Assembly: GCF_001194135.2 (NCBI RefSeq)
Contig: NC_068991.1
Location: forward strand, 75,136,898-75,200,897
Reading direction: 5' to 3'
DNA from: Octopus bimaculoides
Taxonomy: Eukaryota
Length of the DNA stretch: 64,000 nucleotides
The translations under genes and the position numbers were made by a program. This document shows, one piece after another, positions 27,311 to 41,171 of this stretch. The notes under the pieces were generated by a model that saw only the letters and a program-made list of their open reading frames with translations, was not told the origin of the DNA and did no database searches. Every line of letters starts with the position of its first letter. Within the stretch, counting starts at the first letter, position 1.

Positions 27311-27418
27311 TCTTCTTCTTCTTCTTCTTCTTCTTCTTCTTCTTCTTCTTCTTCTTCTTCTTCTTCTTCTTCTTCTTCTTCTTCTTCTTCTTCTTCTTCT
27401 TCTTCTTCTTCTTCTTCT
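27311..27418. repeat. (TCT)n microsatellite running into a gap
   Basis: Read directly. Confidence 0.95.
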
Positions 27419-28091
27419 NNNNNNNNNNNNNNNNNNNNNNNNNNNNNNNNNNNNNNNNNNNNNNNNNNNNNNNNNNNNNNNNNNNNNNNNNNNNNNNNNN
27501 NNNNNNNNNNNNNNNNNNNNNNNNNNNNNNNNNNNNNNNNNNNNNNNNNNNNNNNNNNNNNNNNNNNNNNNNNNNNNNNNNNNNNNNNNNNNNNNNNNNN
27601 NNNNNNNNNNNNNNNNNNNNNNNNNNNNNNNNNNNNNNNNNNNNNNNNNNNNNNNNNNNNNNNNNNNNNNNNNNNNNNNNNNNNNNNNNNNNNNNNNNNN
27701 NNNNNNNNNNNNNNNNNNNNNNNNNNNNNNNNNNNNNNNNNNNNNNNNNNNNNNNNNNNNNNNNNNNNNNNNNNNNNNNNNNNNNNNNNNNNNNNNNNNN
27801 NNNNNNNNNNNNNNNNNNNNNNNNNNNNNNNNNNNNNNNNNNNNNNNNNNNNNNNNNNNNNNNNNNNNNNNNNNNNNNNNNNNNNNNNNNNNNNNNNNNN
27901 NNNNNNNNNNNNNNNNNNNNNNNNNNNNNNNNNNNNNNNNNNNNNNNNNNNNNNNNNNNNNNNNNNNNNNNNNNNNNNNNNNNNNNNNNNNNNNNNNNNN
28001 NNNNNNNNNNNNNNNNNNNNNNNNNNNNNNNNNNNNNNNNNNNNNNNNNNNNNNNNNNNNNNNTATATATATATACATATATATATAAGAG

Positions 28092-28443
28092 GTCCAAGAA
28101 TGACTGGTCCCGTGCAGGTGGCATGTAAAAAGCACCATTCGAATGTGGTTGTTGCCAGTGTCGCCTGATTGGCTTCCGTGCAGGTGGCACATAAAAGACA
28201 CTATTTAAGCATAGTCAATGTCAGTACCGCCTGACTGGCCCTCCTGCCGTTGGCACATAAAAGGCACCAACTACACTCTTGGAGTGGTTGGTGTTAGGAA
28301 GGGCATCCAGTTGTAGAAACGCTGCCAGATCAGATTGGGGCCTGGTACAGCCTTCCAGATTGCCAGTCCGAAGTGAAACCATCCAACCCATGTCAGCATG
28401 GAAAGCAGACGTTAAACAATGACGATGACGATGATGATGATGA
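28092..28443 (+). mobile_element. Repeat family B ((GAT)n-tailed short retroposon)
   Basis: Motif aaaagcacc...gagtggttgg(c/t)gttaggaagggcatcc...ccaacccatg...cgttaaac(GAT)n. Other copies lie near 5345-5592, 10850-11032, 16050-16325, 30738-30909 and 48135-48328 (+), and 46296-46770 and 52357-52557 (-). Confidence 0.8.
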
Positions 28444-29300
28444 TTGCTGGTTTTATGCAAAGCTAATTTTGAATGGTATGATTTTGTGCTGGATGTTTTG
28501 TTAATCAGAAAAAAAAAAAAAATTTTCTTTTAAGAAATTTTTCACAAAAACAACTGATATATACTCATTAGGCATGAACCTTGGCAGAAATAAAAAAAAA
28601 AAAAACTTAAAGATGTTTGTAATTAACAGGTGTAAAAACTAAACAAAGCAACAGCTTTCAATCAATATTTCAGTGAAAATAATATTTTTGTCTTATTGCA
28701 AATAACATTAATAACTGAAACATGCCTGTCATACGTACAGACACACACACACACACACACACATTATGTGTGTGTATGTGTGTCTATGATTCTGTATTTG
28801 TTTACTGTGATTGTTTACATTCGCTGTCTACAAAAGTTGTTACTTCTGTCAACGTATCCTCAGCCTGTATTGTGATTTGTTGATGTGTCAAATACTATGT
28901 CCCGTGTTTGAAAAACAAATAAAGCTAAGCAACTGGAAGGCCAAACAGCTATAAAATAAAACTCCAGGAAAATATTCATCTAACCCAGGCCTCGTATGAT
29001 TCAAAAACTGACATAAAATAAAGGAATGATTAATTGTTCCACTCTTGATCACCAAATGGTCATGGGACACTATCTGAAGACATCAGTTCCTCCTGGTCAA
29101 TGCTGCATTCATCAATGCATTCTAATATTTCCGGCATGGCCATGTGATAAGAAATTTACTTCTCACCACATGGTTTCTGGTTCAGTCCCACTGCATGGAA
29201 CCTTAGGCAAGTGTCTTCTGTGAGAGTCTTGGGCTGACCAAAGCCTTGTGAGTGGATTTGATAGACAAAAACTCTAAGAGGTCCATTATGAATGTTTGCA

Positions 29301-29331
<31 letters not shown>

Positions 29332-29606
29332 GTCTCTTTCACTTCATGTGTTAATTGTAACATATCTGGTCATGAGGAACACTTCCTTACTTGGTAACAG
29401 TTGAGGGTTAGCAACAGGAAGGGCATCTGGCTATAGGGAATATGCCTCCATTAACTCCATCTGACCCATGCAAGCATTGAGAAGTGGACACTAAGGTGAT
29501 GATGACGATAATGATATATACACACATAAGCACAATAGGCATTCATAGAATTTCCATCAACCAGGATCTCTCACACAGCAATGTTCAGAATAAAAGTATA
29601 GTAGAA

Positions 29607-29839
29607 TAAGGCGGTGAGCTGGCAGAATCATTAGCATGCCAGGCGAAATGCTTAACGGTATTTTGTCTGCTGTTACGTTCTGAGTTCAAATTCCGCCAAG
29701 GTCAACTTTGCCTTTCATTCTTTCGGGGTTGATTAAATAAGTACCAGTGACGCACTGGGGTCGATGTAATCACCTTAATCCCTTTGTATGTCGTTATTTG
29801 TCCCCTCTGTGTGTAGTCCCTTGTGGGCAGTAAAGAGAT
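29607..29839 (+). mobile_element. SINE family C with 18-bp target-site duplication
   Basis: Flanked by aataaaagtatagtagaa at 29589-29606 and 29840-29857. A 5'-truncated copy lies at about 51632-51790. Confidence 0.85.
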
Positions 29840-30086
29840 AATAAAAGTATAGTAGAAGATGTGTACCCAGAATACAGTATAGCAACATAGAACAGAACAC
29901 CACATTGTAATTATACCATATCCAAACATTAATAAACAAACACACATACAAACACACATATATATGTAATGAAAACACGCAAATAAAACGAGCAAATATC
30001 TAAAATAAACACTGGCCTACGAGATATAATGTGAGTCCCTATCTTCTTAAAGTTGATATTTGAGGAGTCAAGTTACTTTAGTTAAT

Positions 30087-30119
<33 letters not shown>

Positions 30120-30430
30120 ATAGAATTTTTTTTTACCAAATATTCCAGTTTATAAAGTATCTCTCAGGTATCTTTTTAGAATATTTGTTTGATAGATGTT
30201 TACGGTGAACCACTAGCGTAAATACTACTAACCATAATACAAACCTAAAGCTAGAAAAGAACGACTATTGAGAAAGATTATTTGTTTAGACATATAAAGC
30301 AACCATGAACGCATTTGTAATGATAAAATGAAAACGATGTTTATATGCAAGAATAGACAAAGATTGTCTGGCATGGACATCTAAAGATAGGAATAGCAGA
30401 ATATGAGAATTCATGGAATTATATAAATAT

Positions 30431-30495
<65 letters not shown>

Positions 30496-30906
30496 AACAT
30501 ACACATACGTACAGACACGTACGTATATTGCTCAGTTGCAACTGTGTGGTATGGAATTTGTTTTCTAGTCATATGGTTTCAGATTCAGTTTCATGTATGT
30601 CCCCTTAGCCAAGAGTCTTCAACAAAAGCCCATGGCTAACAAAAGCCTTGTTAGTGGATTTAGTCGGCAGAAATTCAGAGAAGCCCACATGTGTTTGTAA
30701 ATATACATACATACAGATATATATATATATATATATAAAGCACCCACTACACACTCAGAGTGGTTGGCATTAGGAAGGGCGTCTAACTCTAGAAACTCTA
30801 CCAGATCAGATATTAGAGTCTGGTGTAGCCATCTGGTTCACCAGTCCTCAGTCAAATCGTCCAACCCATGCTTGCATGGAAAGCGGACGTTAAACAATGA
30901 TGATGA

Positions 30907-30953
<47 letters not shown>

Positions 30954-31271
30954 TATACATACATATGCACATATATACATATACATATATATACATACAT
31001 ACATACACACACACATACATATGAAACTAATATAAGCAACAGTGCGCAGTGTTTCACCAAAAAAGAAGAATTATAACTGTCACTAAATGTGACTGGGGTG
31101 CAGACACACACACACACACACTCACCCACACACATGCACACACGCACATACACAGACACACACACACACTCAAACATATGTGTATGTATAAATGTATGTG
31201 TGTTTGTGTTTTGTGGGTATACATATACGTATATATATGTGTGTGTATATATACACACATATGCGTGTGCA

Positions 31272-31336
<65 letters not shown>

Positions 31337-32151
31337 NNNNNNNNNNNNNNNNNNNNNNNNNNNNNNNNNNNNNNNNNNNNNNNNNNNNNNNNNNNNNNNN
31401 NNNNNNNNNNNNNNNNNNNNNNNNNNNNNNNNNNNNNNNNNNNNNNNNNNNNNNNNNNNNNNNNNNNNNNNNNNNNNNNNNNNNNNNNNNNNNNNNNNNN
31501 NNNNNNNNNNNNNNNNNNNNNNNNNNNNNNNNNNNNNNNNNNNNNNNNNNNNNNNNNNNNNNNNNNNNNNNNNNNNNNNNNNNNNNNNNNNNNNNNNNNN
31601 NNNNNNNNNNNNNNNNNNNNNNNNNNNNNNNNNNNNNNNNNNNNNNNNNNNNNNNNNNNNNNNNNNNNNNNNNNNNNNNNNNNNNNNNNNNNNNNNNNNN
31701 NNNNNNNNNNNNNNNNNNNNNNNNNNNNNNNNNNNNNNNNNNNNGGGGGGGGGGGATGCTACGCTACGTTGCATGGAACCAGATAAAGGTCATCCATAGA
31801 AAAATCTGCTTCAACCAATTCCATCTGACCCACGCAGTAGTCGGAATTGGGCATTAACACAATGGTAATGATGGTGGTGATGATGATGATGATGATGATG
31901 CTGATGATGATGAGGATGTTGAGGATGATGATGTATTTATTTGCCAAAGTTCATAATGGACATCTGCTTATTATCCACGAGCATTATCTTCTAACTTTTA
32001 CCAACATTCGGTTAATTTTATATCCGGTATCTTTTCCGTGTGTCCTTTGTGTTATTCTGTCCAAGTATCTTTTGTTTTCTCTTTCCCCACCCTTTCCTGT
32101 ATCCATATATCCATGTGTATGCCTGCGTGTATATCCGTGTGTTCATGTGTT

Positions 32152-32184
<33 letters not shown>

Positions 32185-32772
32185 ACAAACCTGACGAAAG
32201 TGAAACTCCTTGATGTTTAAAAGAAATATAATATATTTATTGACCATTTGAAATATGTTAGTCGTTTTATTGCATCAACATTTTGTAGACTTGCCATTTT
32301 CAGATCTTAATTCTTTGATGCTTTTAGGCATTGGACTAAAATAGTTGCTGGATTTTCCTTTGTGTGATATCTGCCCAGGTTTCATACGAAACATTAGTGA
32401 TTCTGCTTGTGTTATTGATTTATCATACTTTCTTTAGATATTTTCCATTCAAGACTGGGTGGCTTTATCAGTGTAGGATTGATGTGAAGAGTTTGATGTG
32501 CTGCTGACAGACAAATCTCTCTTAAGTCACACTTTGCCGCTTCAATAAAGTAACAACAGTTTTGCACAGGTAGTCCTAGATATGCAAAATGACAGCTTAT
32601 TCACAGCTGCAATGCTTTTGATCCTGCGTCTACTCGATAAGGCAGACCTGGGGCTAAACAACAAGAAAAGTGATGTGCTGTATTGATAAACTAGTACGGG
32701 AATTTGTTTAAAACCATAAGGTGGTTGTGAAATCCCTTTAAAAAATCACGTGCAGGGTAACGTGTGATTTTA

Positions 32773-33395
32773 AAGGTACACTATGCTGTGAAAAGAAAAG
32801 GATCCGGTTTGATTTGGGTTAAACACCAACAACAACTTGCTATAAAACCAAATGCTTTTCATAATAGCATGCTGCCATCTTAAAAAGAAGCACTTTGGCT
32901 AATGTTGTCCAGGATATACTATGCTTCAAAACTCAAAAATTATGGGTTACTTTGTGGCTAAGCACCAACAGTATCTATATAAGTGATATGGATAAGTTAT
33001 ATAATAAGTTATATGGATAAAGGTCTCTGAAAATCACATACTGCCATCTTATCAAGAAGCATTTCAACTAGTATAGTCCAAGGTACACTGTGCCTGAAAA
33101 CAAGAAGTTCAGTGTTGGCAACAACAACTTGCTAGATGACTGAAGGTCCCTCAAAATTGCATGCTCTCATCTTAAAAAGTAGCACTTATGCTAATATCAC
33201 CCAGGGTACATTGTATCCGAAAACAAGAAGTTTAGGGTTAATTTGTGGTTAAATAGCAACAACTTGTCATATGATACAAAGTCTCTCAGAATCTTAAATA
33301 ACAAAAAAGAAGCACATTGGGTATTGTAGTCCAGGATACACCATGCCTGAAAGCAAAGAAGTTCAGGGTTGTTTGTGGCTAAACAACAACATTTC
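32773..33395. repeat. Degenerate tandem array, about 5 units of 120-170 bp
   Basis: Recurring cc(a)agg(g/a)tacac...gaaaac...aagttcaggg...caacaac...ctgccatctt...aagaagcac, with anchors near 32773, 32909, 33078, 33201 and 33331. Confidence 0.6.
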
Positions 33396-33828
33396 TCTAT
33401 TCTGCTAAATTTTACAGTGACTGATTCCAGTGAGAACTCTGATAAACAGACATTGAGATCGAGATAAAAACATTATGAAGGAGAAGAAGAAGAAAAAAAC
33501 CCCTTCTAATTTGTTGCATTCTATCAAGAATCCAGCTTTGAAACATCTGTTACTGTCATTGCTTGACAACTGAAGGTCCACAAAGGACTTGATATGGAAT
33601 TTTTGATCTTTTTTTCTTTTCCTGTTCTCTCAAATATATTATATGAAATGTCAGTGTTTCGCTTATCTGGTGCTGGACTGATTAATCTTTCATTTGGCTA
33701 AAAAAATTGTGTCTGAAAATTGGTGGCACCTTAGCTGAGTATCTTCACTTATAACTCATGTTCACCAATGTTCCCTTGTAAGTGGAATTTGGTAAACTGT
33801 AGCTGTGCAGGAAACAGTCTTATAGATT

Positions 33829-33872
<44 letters not shown>

Positions 33873-35251
33873 NNNNNNNNNNNNNNNNNNNNNNNNNNNN
33901 NNNNNNNNNNNNNNNNNNNNNNNNNNNNNNNNNNNNNNNNNNNNNNNNNNNNNNNNNNNNNNNNNNNNNNNNNNNNNNNNNNNNNNNNNNNNNNNNNNNN
34001 NNNNNNNNNNNNNNNNNNNNNNNNNNNNNNNNNNNNNNNNNNNNNNNNNNNNNNNNNNNNNNNNNNNNNNNNNNNNNNNNNNNNNNNNNNNNNNNNNNNN
34101 NNNNNNNNNNNNNNNNNNNNNNNNNNNNNNNNNNNNNNNNNNNNNNNNNNNNNNNNNNNNNNNNNNNNNNNNNNNNNNNNNNNNNNNNNNNNNNNNNNNN
34201 NNNNNNCAATCCGAATGCAAACCACTTTACAACATATATTGAGTACTTTTTCATGCCACCAGCACTTGGGAGGTTGCCACACAACCTGTGAGACTGTCCC
34301 TAAGGTGAGGTGTTTATGTAAGTAGTTGATGTGGGGGTTAAAGTGAGAGAGAAAGAGGCAGAGCAAGGTTGTTGCTATGAAAGAACTACATGACAACCAA
34401 GACCTAGAAGAGAGGGTGAGAATGGTGCTGGCCTTTTCCTAAATACTTTATGAAGGTATTATTTATATGTTGTCCCCATTGCATTTGCTACTCCATTGGT
34501 TGTTTGTTTTTACTGGTCAGATTTCCATTTGTAATAAGGCTTACCTTTGCTTATTCAATCCATGTTCTTATCTGTCCTTCTCATGTTACATTTCTTTGAC
34601 CAATACAGCTTCCCCCTGTTCTATGCATTTCACAGTTGGATCATTTACTACATAACTTTTTATAGGCACATCACTTTTCATTGGCCTTGTCAGTAGTTGC
34701 CCTTTTTATGCTTCTCAACTACTTAACCATATCCTGTGTTGTCAGAGTTACTTACCCTTTTATTGGCTTTTATTAGCCATTCATGTAGTTAGTTACCTTG
34801 TATCTTCCACTTGATTATGTCATCATATCCTGCTTTACTAAAAGTAGCTACCTCATAAATAGTTATTTTATACCTATTGTTACTACTGATATTTTTCCCC
34901 CACATTTTTTATGAGGTTATATTTTATATCTGATGTCTCTAAATTGCTAATCTCTTTTGTAGGTTAATGTGTTGGTTACATTTGTTTATTGTTGTGATGG
35001 CACCGGCACAGCTGTGATTCCTTTCTTATTTTCTGCTACTGTAACAACATTAGATATCTACTTCTGTTGCAGTTCAAAGCAGGTTTTTGAAATGTATTCA
35101 TTTTGATGCTTGCAAACTGAAATTAATTTGTGTAGTCTATTGAGTAAAGCCTCATCCTTACATAATTGTGTTTGTACTTTCCTGATGTGTGAAAGGAGCA
35201 AGCTCTAAACCCATTTCTTTAAGGAACAGCATTCTTTAAATTTCCAGCTGA

Positions 35252-35299
<48 letters not shown>

Positions 35300-36099
35300 N
35301 NNNNNNNNNNNNNNNNNNNNNNNNNNNNNNNNNNNNNNNNNNNNNNNNNNNNNNNNNNNNNNNNNNNNNNNNNNNNNNNNNNNNNNNNNNNNNNNNNNNT
35401 ACACATATACTGATAAATATATATATATGTATGTAAGTGTGTTCTGTCTTCATAATTAAAGTTGTATTTGTTTCCCTATCGGGTAGAAATATTAACTTTG
35501 ATATACACCCAAAATGGTTGGCGTTAATCCAACATCTAAAGTAAGTTATTCAATAAAACCAAATTTTATCTACAAATAAAATTTCATTTTAGCTTTAATG
35601 GATAAACTGAAGCGGCATTTACCAAAACTGAAACACATATTTTGGAAATTTTACGAGCTGGTGAAACTGAATTTATTATTATATTTTTCGAATATTGAAT
35701 CATGCTGGGGTATTGCGTTTCAGTGTTGTAGTCAATTATGCATTGAACTTTGTATTTATTTTGATTCACACATCATCAAATCGCTTTATGAAATTTTGAC
35801 TTTATATTCGCTTATCTCCCTTCTTAGGGAGTTATCTTTCTTGGGGTGGAGGAATACCATTGGAAGCTTACATCATTTAGGACTATCATACAAAAAAGGG
35901 GAAAATTCATGCATGCACGTGTACAATATGTATATGGATGCATGTGTGTACACAGTTATACATCTATGTACATATACATATATACACACATGCACGCACA
36001 TATTTGTTTAATGAGAGACAAGATGGCAGATATGAGATCTCTACACTTGTTTTGACCCATCTAGCACTCATCCCGCACAACTGGTTTAGGTGTATCTGA

Positions 36100-36990
36100 C
36101 AGTGTTGATGTGTCTCTTCAGGTGATTACAAGATGTATATCATTAAAATGACAACTATTCTCTAAGATAACATCTCAGTTTGTGTATAGAAAAGCAGCAA
36201 ATTAAAGGGTACAGCTTCATTTTTATACAAGATCAATTATAAATAATAGATGCAAATAGTAAGGAATACACAATACAGTGGAAAAAGTATTAAATATAAC
36301 CATTAACAGATATGGATTTATAAATCCCCCTTGTGTAGGTTGTATAGTGAACGTACACTTGCTCATACAAGCATTCACAAAGATAGCTATTCAGTGTTTA
36401 TAAGAATGTGGAGGCTAGAGTTAAATTCAATTCATCCATATCTTAAAGTAAATTATGATTATTAATTTGGTTAACAGTTACTCAAATTCATTCCCACTGC
36501 TTTCTGTGAAAGTGCATTTATATGCATGTAAGCATCTTGAGAGACTTTAAGAAATTCTATTAATGATCTTCTCATTGGTCCACAAAATAGACAAGGATTC
36601 CTCAGTGCAGAGTCTGCATCTCTTGGAAAAGATATTATAGGTGTGCCTTATTTCGGACCAAGTTAGATCGTATTTAATTCTATCTTCTTTAACTTGCCAC
36701 ACAAAATCAGCCAAAGATGTTGAATGCATCTTGTTGATTTTTGAAGCTGGTGACATGGTTGCGATAACAATTCTTGAATGAATCAGCCATTGCTCCAATG
36801 TAAACCTATGGTCCTCCCCTCATTTGTATGGTACATTTATATACAAGATTCATACTCATACAGAGGTCCATCAATGAGCATTTTGATTTTTCTCTGCATT
36901 AGCATTTATTAGATTTGGTTGTATTTGTGACAGTTCTGATTTCATATTCCAACATAGTTACCGCATTGGTTATATTGCTACCCTCATGAT
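36100..36990 (-). mobile_element. Decayed Penelope-like element, GIY-YIG endonuclease region and 3' end
   Basis: Minus strand reads C*CREKSKCSLMDLCMSMNLVYKCTIQMRGGP*VYIGAMADSFKNCYRNHVTSFK, then after a frameshift HSTSLADFVWQVKEDRIKYDLTWSEIRHTYNIFSKRCRLCTEESLSIL. This fits the VY..YIG and C..C..E pattern of PLE endonucleases. Confidence 0.75.
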
Positions 36991-37045
36991 GTGACCACAG
37001 TGAGTGTTTTTCATACTGGTTTATATATCCTTACATGGTATTTTG

Positions 37046-37086
<41 letters not shown>

Positions 37087-37089
<3 letters not shown>

Positions 37090-37560
37090 TCCAATGTCTG
37101 TTGTCTACACTAGCATGGGTTGGACAGTTTGACAAGGTTGGGAAGCTGGAAGGCTGCACCAGACTCCAGTCTGATTTGGCATGGTTTCTACTGCTGGATG
37201 CCCTTCCTAATGCCAATCACTCTGAGAGTGTAACCGGTGCTTTTATGTGCCATTGGCATGGTTTGGTTGCCATTTGCATGATGCTGGTATCTGCCATGAC
37301 TGCGATTTTTACTTGGCTTGATGGGTCTTCTCAAGCACGACATAATGCCAAGGGTCTCGGTCATTGCCTCCGTGAGGCCCAACACTTGAAAGTAGATTTT
37401 CGCGTGCCACCAGCATCAGCCACTTTACCTTCACAAGGCCCAATGCTCGAAAGGTGCCAGTTATGTGACACCAGCATCAGCCACAACTACAATTTCACTT
37501 GGCTTGACAGTTCTTCTCAAGCCCAGCATATTGCCAAAAGTCTCAGTCACTAGTCCTTGC
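37087..37560 (-). mobile_element. Repeat family B
   Basis: Reverse copy with a longer 5' portion. Confidence 0.75.
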
Positions 37561-37911
37561 CTCTGTGAATCCCAAAGTTCAAAGATCATGCTTCACCACC
37601 ACATTCCATGTCTTCCTGCACACACTTACAAATATATATGCTTCACAGTTGTTTAGTTATATAGTTGTAGATGTTTTGGAAACACCTTGCACATGCAAGT
37701 GCTACCATTCAAAAGCTGTGCATACCGGAAGCCAGAAAGTACATGGGGTCATCAGGAGAGAATGTGTGCCATTTTGGGGCCTAACACTCAATGGCTTCAT
37801 TGCGTGTCAGCCCCCCCCCCCACTGATATGAGGCTCCACCTGCTAGATCAACTGGTTATCAAATAAAGCTCATATATATATTTCTATACACACACATATA
37901 TATATACACAC

Positions 37912-37977
<66 letters not shown>

Positions 37978-38110
37978 GTATACATACATGTATGTGCTTG
38001 TGTATATATATACACATACAAGCCTGTATATGTATATATATAAATTGACAGGATGAGATAAAAAAAAAACCAAGGCAGTAAACAGATTTCATAACATTTA
38101 TCAAGAAAGG

Positions 38111-38158
38111 GTCTTACAGCTGTTTCCGGAATATTTTATATATCTCTTCATCAGAGAC
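38111..38158 (-). ncRNA. Type-I hammerhead-like motif with palindromic stem III
   Basis: Minus strand reads GTCT-CTGATGA-agagatatataaaatattccg-GAAAC-AGCT-GTA-AGAC: stem I GTCT/AGAC, palindrome ACAGCTGT, GUA triplet and an imperfect stem II. Confidence 0.65.
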
Positions 38159-38559
38159 AGTGAGAGAAAATGTTTGAGTGTTAATTATGGTAGAGAAGAT
38201 ATGAAATACAGAGAGAAGTAAGAGAATGAATATAGAAGTGAGATACATAAGGATATTGTATTTGCAGTTCCATTATTCAAGTAGGATGGTGTATATTAAT
38301 GGTGAAAAAATTTGTTTTGGTGAAGAAATTTTCTTCTACCTGGTGTGTGAATTCCGATGGTGGTTATATTTGGTAATTCCAAGCATAGAGCCTTGTAAAC
38401 ACTCGTATCATTATCGAACCTGGAGCTTAACCATGGTCTATCCGTAGCACTTACTTAGTGTTTACTCGATACCTTTTGGGTCTTCCTGACACGAATACCT
38501 TTCATACCCTATATATATATATTCAGCTTGCGAAGACCTATTGGGTCAAGCGAAAGTGA

Positions 38560-38922
38560 AACCATCAATGGCACTGTGCCCAGCAGCGCCTTCCTGGCAC
38601 TTGTGCCAAATGGTGCGTGTAAAGACATTCAAGCGAGATCGTTGCCAGTGCTGCTGAACTGGCTCCTGTGCAGGTGGCACGTAAAATACACCATTTGAGC
38701 ATGGCCGTTGCCAGTACCGCCTGACTGGCCTTCGTGCCAGTGGCATGTAAAAGCACCCACTACACTCTCGGAGTGGTTGGCGTTAGTAAGGGCATCCAGT
38801 TGTAGAAACTCTGCCAAATCAGATTGGAGCCTGGTGTAGCCATCTGGTTTCACCAGTCCTCAGTCAAATCGTCCAACCCATGCTAGCATGGAAAGCGGAC
38901 GTTAAACGATGACGATGATGAT
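38560..38922 (+). mobile_element. Repeat family B
   Basis: Forward copy ending ggacgttaaacgatgacgatgatgat. Confidence 0.8.
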
Positions 38923-39583
38923 AAAACACTATCATCATGACTTCACTGTTCACATGGTTTGGACTGTTTATGGAGAACAATTGTTTTCTGGCCACATCCC
39001 TCCCTTATTACTTTGCCTTTTAGTTGTGTCTTATGGCTTACACTAGTGGGATGTACTTATCTAAAACTCAGATACACACCTCTAGAATCAAATTTGTCTT
39101 TTAAATGAAGAGGAAAAGAATGTGATCAGCACATTTGTTCATCCATTCATTCATTCATCAATGATATTTGCAGGAAAGCTTGTGATATCCTTTTGTCATT
39201 TTTTCTTATTCACTATGGGTGGGCATGATGGGATTAATTATCTTTTACTTTTCTTTCTGATGAACTCTTTCTATCATTCATCATAAAGCTACAACACCCT
39301 GTTCCATTCACTGAATTTTGTTTTAAGTTTTTCTTTTTATCGTCCTACAAATATAACCTGAACAACTCTGTAGTTGTGTAGCTGTAGAGCTATACAGCTA
39401 AACATCTCAAGCAAAAGCTTTGTAACTTTTTTTGTTTTTTCACTCTTCTAAAGCTGACCTCTAGGTTATGGAGTTTTCAAATATAATATCTTCTTCTTTA
39501 TGGAAAACTACAACTTAATTCTTAACTTGCCCGTTTTAATGCTCTATCTCTCAGAAACCTTTGTGGAATTTTCTATTTTCTTT

Positions 39584-39656
<73 letters not shown>

Positions 39657-40793
39657 GCTTTGTTATTCACGTCTCTTACATATTCCAGAATTTTATTTAG
39701 TTGTATATAAAACTATTGTCCAGTATTTCAGCTAACATATTTTTCTCATCGAGCTGCCCTTCAATATTACCTCACCTATTGCAGCTAAAGAAAACCGTGA
39801 GGCTGTTGTCAATATATAGCTTGATAAAAGATCAACTCTGTTGACCTAATGCTGTATATCACATTTTCACCAATACCTATCTTTTTGTGTTTTTTTTATT
39901 TTATTTTATTTTATTTTATTCTGTTTTTTTTTCTTCCTTCTTTTTCTTATTCTTTTCAATTGTTGTTCTTCTTGATTATTTATCTCTGCCCATTACATCA
40001 TATTACATTGCAACAGACATGTTTATCTACCTGCAACCATTAAATATTATTCCACCCCTTCCACTTCAGTAGATGTTTTCTGAAGCCTCTGATCAATGTT
40101 TGTGCGTGTCCTCCATTCCTGCCCACCACCACCACCACCACATCACCTCAGCTCAAAATCAATACGTATATCAGAAATGTTAGATTTGTTATATAAATGA
40201 ATGAAATTGTGTAAGTTATCATGCATAAAAGAGCTCTTGATTTGAGAAATCTTAGTTGTTCTTAATCCATCTTGCTTCTCTGTCTGTTCGTTTCACCAAG
40301 AAATTACGTGGATATTATGTAACACAGAAAATAGAAAAATTTCCTATAATAAATCTAAATATCACTTTTACCATTCACCGGTATTGTACCTTTCTCTCTC
40401 TCTATTTTTTGTGTTTTTGTCTTTTGTTTTTTAAATATCATTAACTTAGCTATGCTTTAGTAGGTAATTGAAGTAGCCTAATTACACTTAATAGGGTTGA
40501 CAGTTTGTTTCACCAAAAAAATTATGCTGATAAATAATACTGAAAATAGAATAAATGCTGATAATAAACAATAGCGTTCCCGTTACCATTGTTATACCTA
40601 TTTTCAAATGCCAGTAACTTGGCAGTGTGCTTTAGTAGGTGACTAATGTTGTTGCCTAAGTAAATTAATGTGGAGGTGTGTGGCTTAGTGATTAGGGTGT
40701 TGGACTCATGACCGTAAGGTTGTGGTTTTGATTCCTGGACTGGGCAATGCATTGTGCTCTTGAGCAAAACACTTCATTTCACGTTGCTTTAGT

Positions 40794-41171
40794 GGAGGCG
40801 CAATGGCCCAGTGGTTAGGGCAGCGGACCCATGGTCATAGGATCGCGGTTTCGATTCCCAGACCGAGCGTTGTGAGTGTTTATTGAGTGAAAACACCTAA
40901 AGCTCCATGAGGCTCTGGCAGGGGATGGTGGCGAACCCTGCTGTACTCTTTCACCACAACTTTCTCTCACTCTCACTTCCTGTTTCTGTTGTGCCTGTAA
41001 TTCAAAGGGTCAGTCTTGTCACACTGTGTCACGCTGAATATCCCCGAGAACTACGTTAAGGGTACACGTGTCTGTGGAGTGCTCAGCCACTTGCACATTA
41101 ATTTCTCAAGCAGGCTGTTCCATTGATCGGATCAACTGGAACCCTCGATGTCGTAAGTGACGGAGTGCCAA
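40794..41171 (+). mobile_element. tRNA-derived SINE family D nested in an older SINE
   Basis: Head ggaggcgcaatggcccagtggttagggc...ggtttcgattcc. 14-bp TSD cacgttgctt(t/c)agt at 40780-40793 and 41172-41185. A related copy lies at about 41339-41605. Confidence 0.85.

Noticed and set aside
27230-28201. 260-320 aa ORFs spanning N runs
   Set aside because: They are open only because of gaps and (TCT)n. The same applies to the ORFs at 0.9, 4.2, 30.9, 33.7, 46.3 and 60.4 kb.
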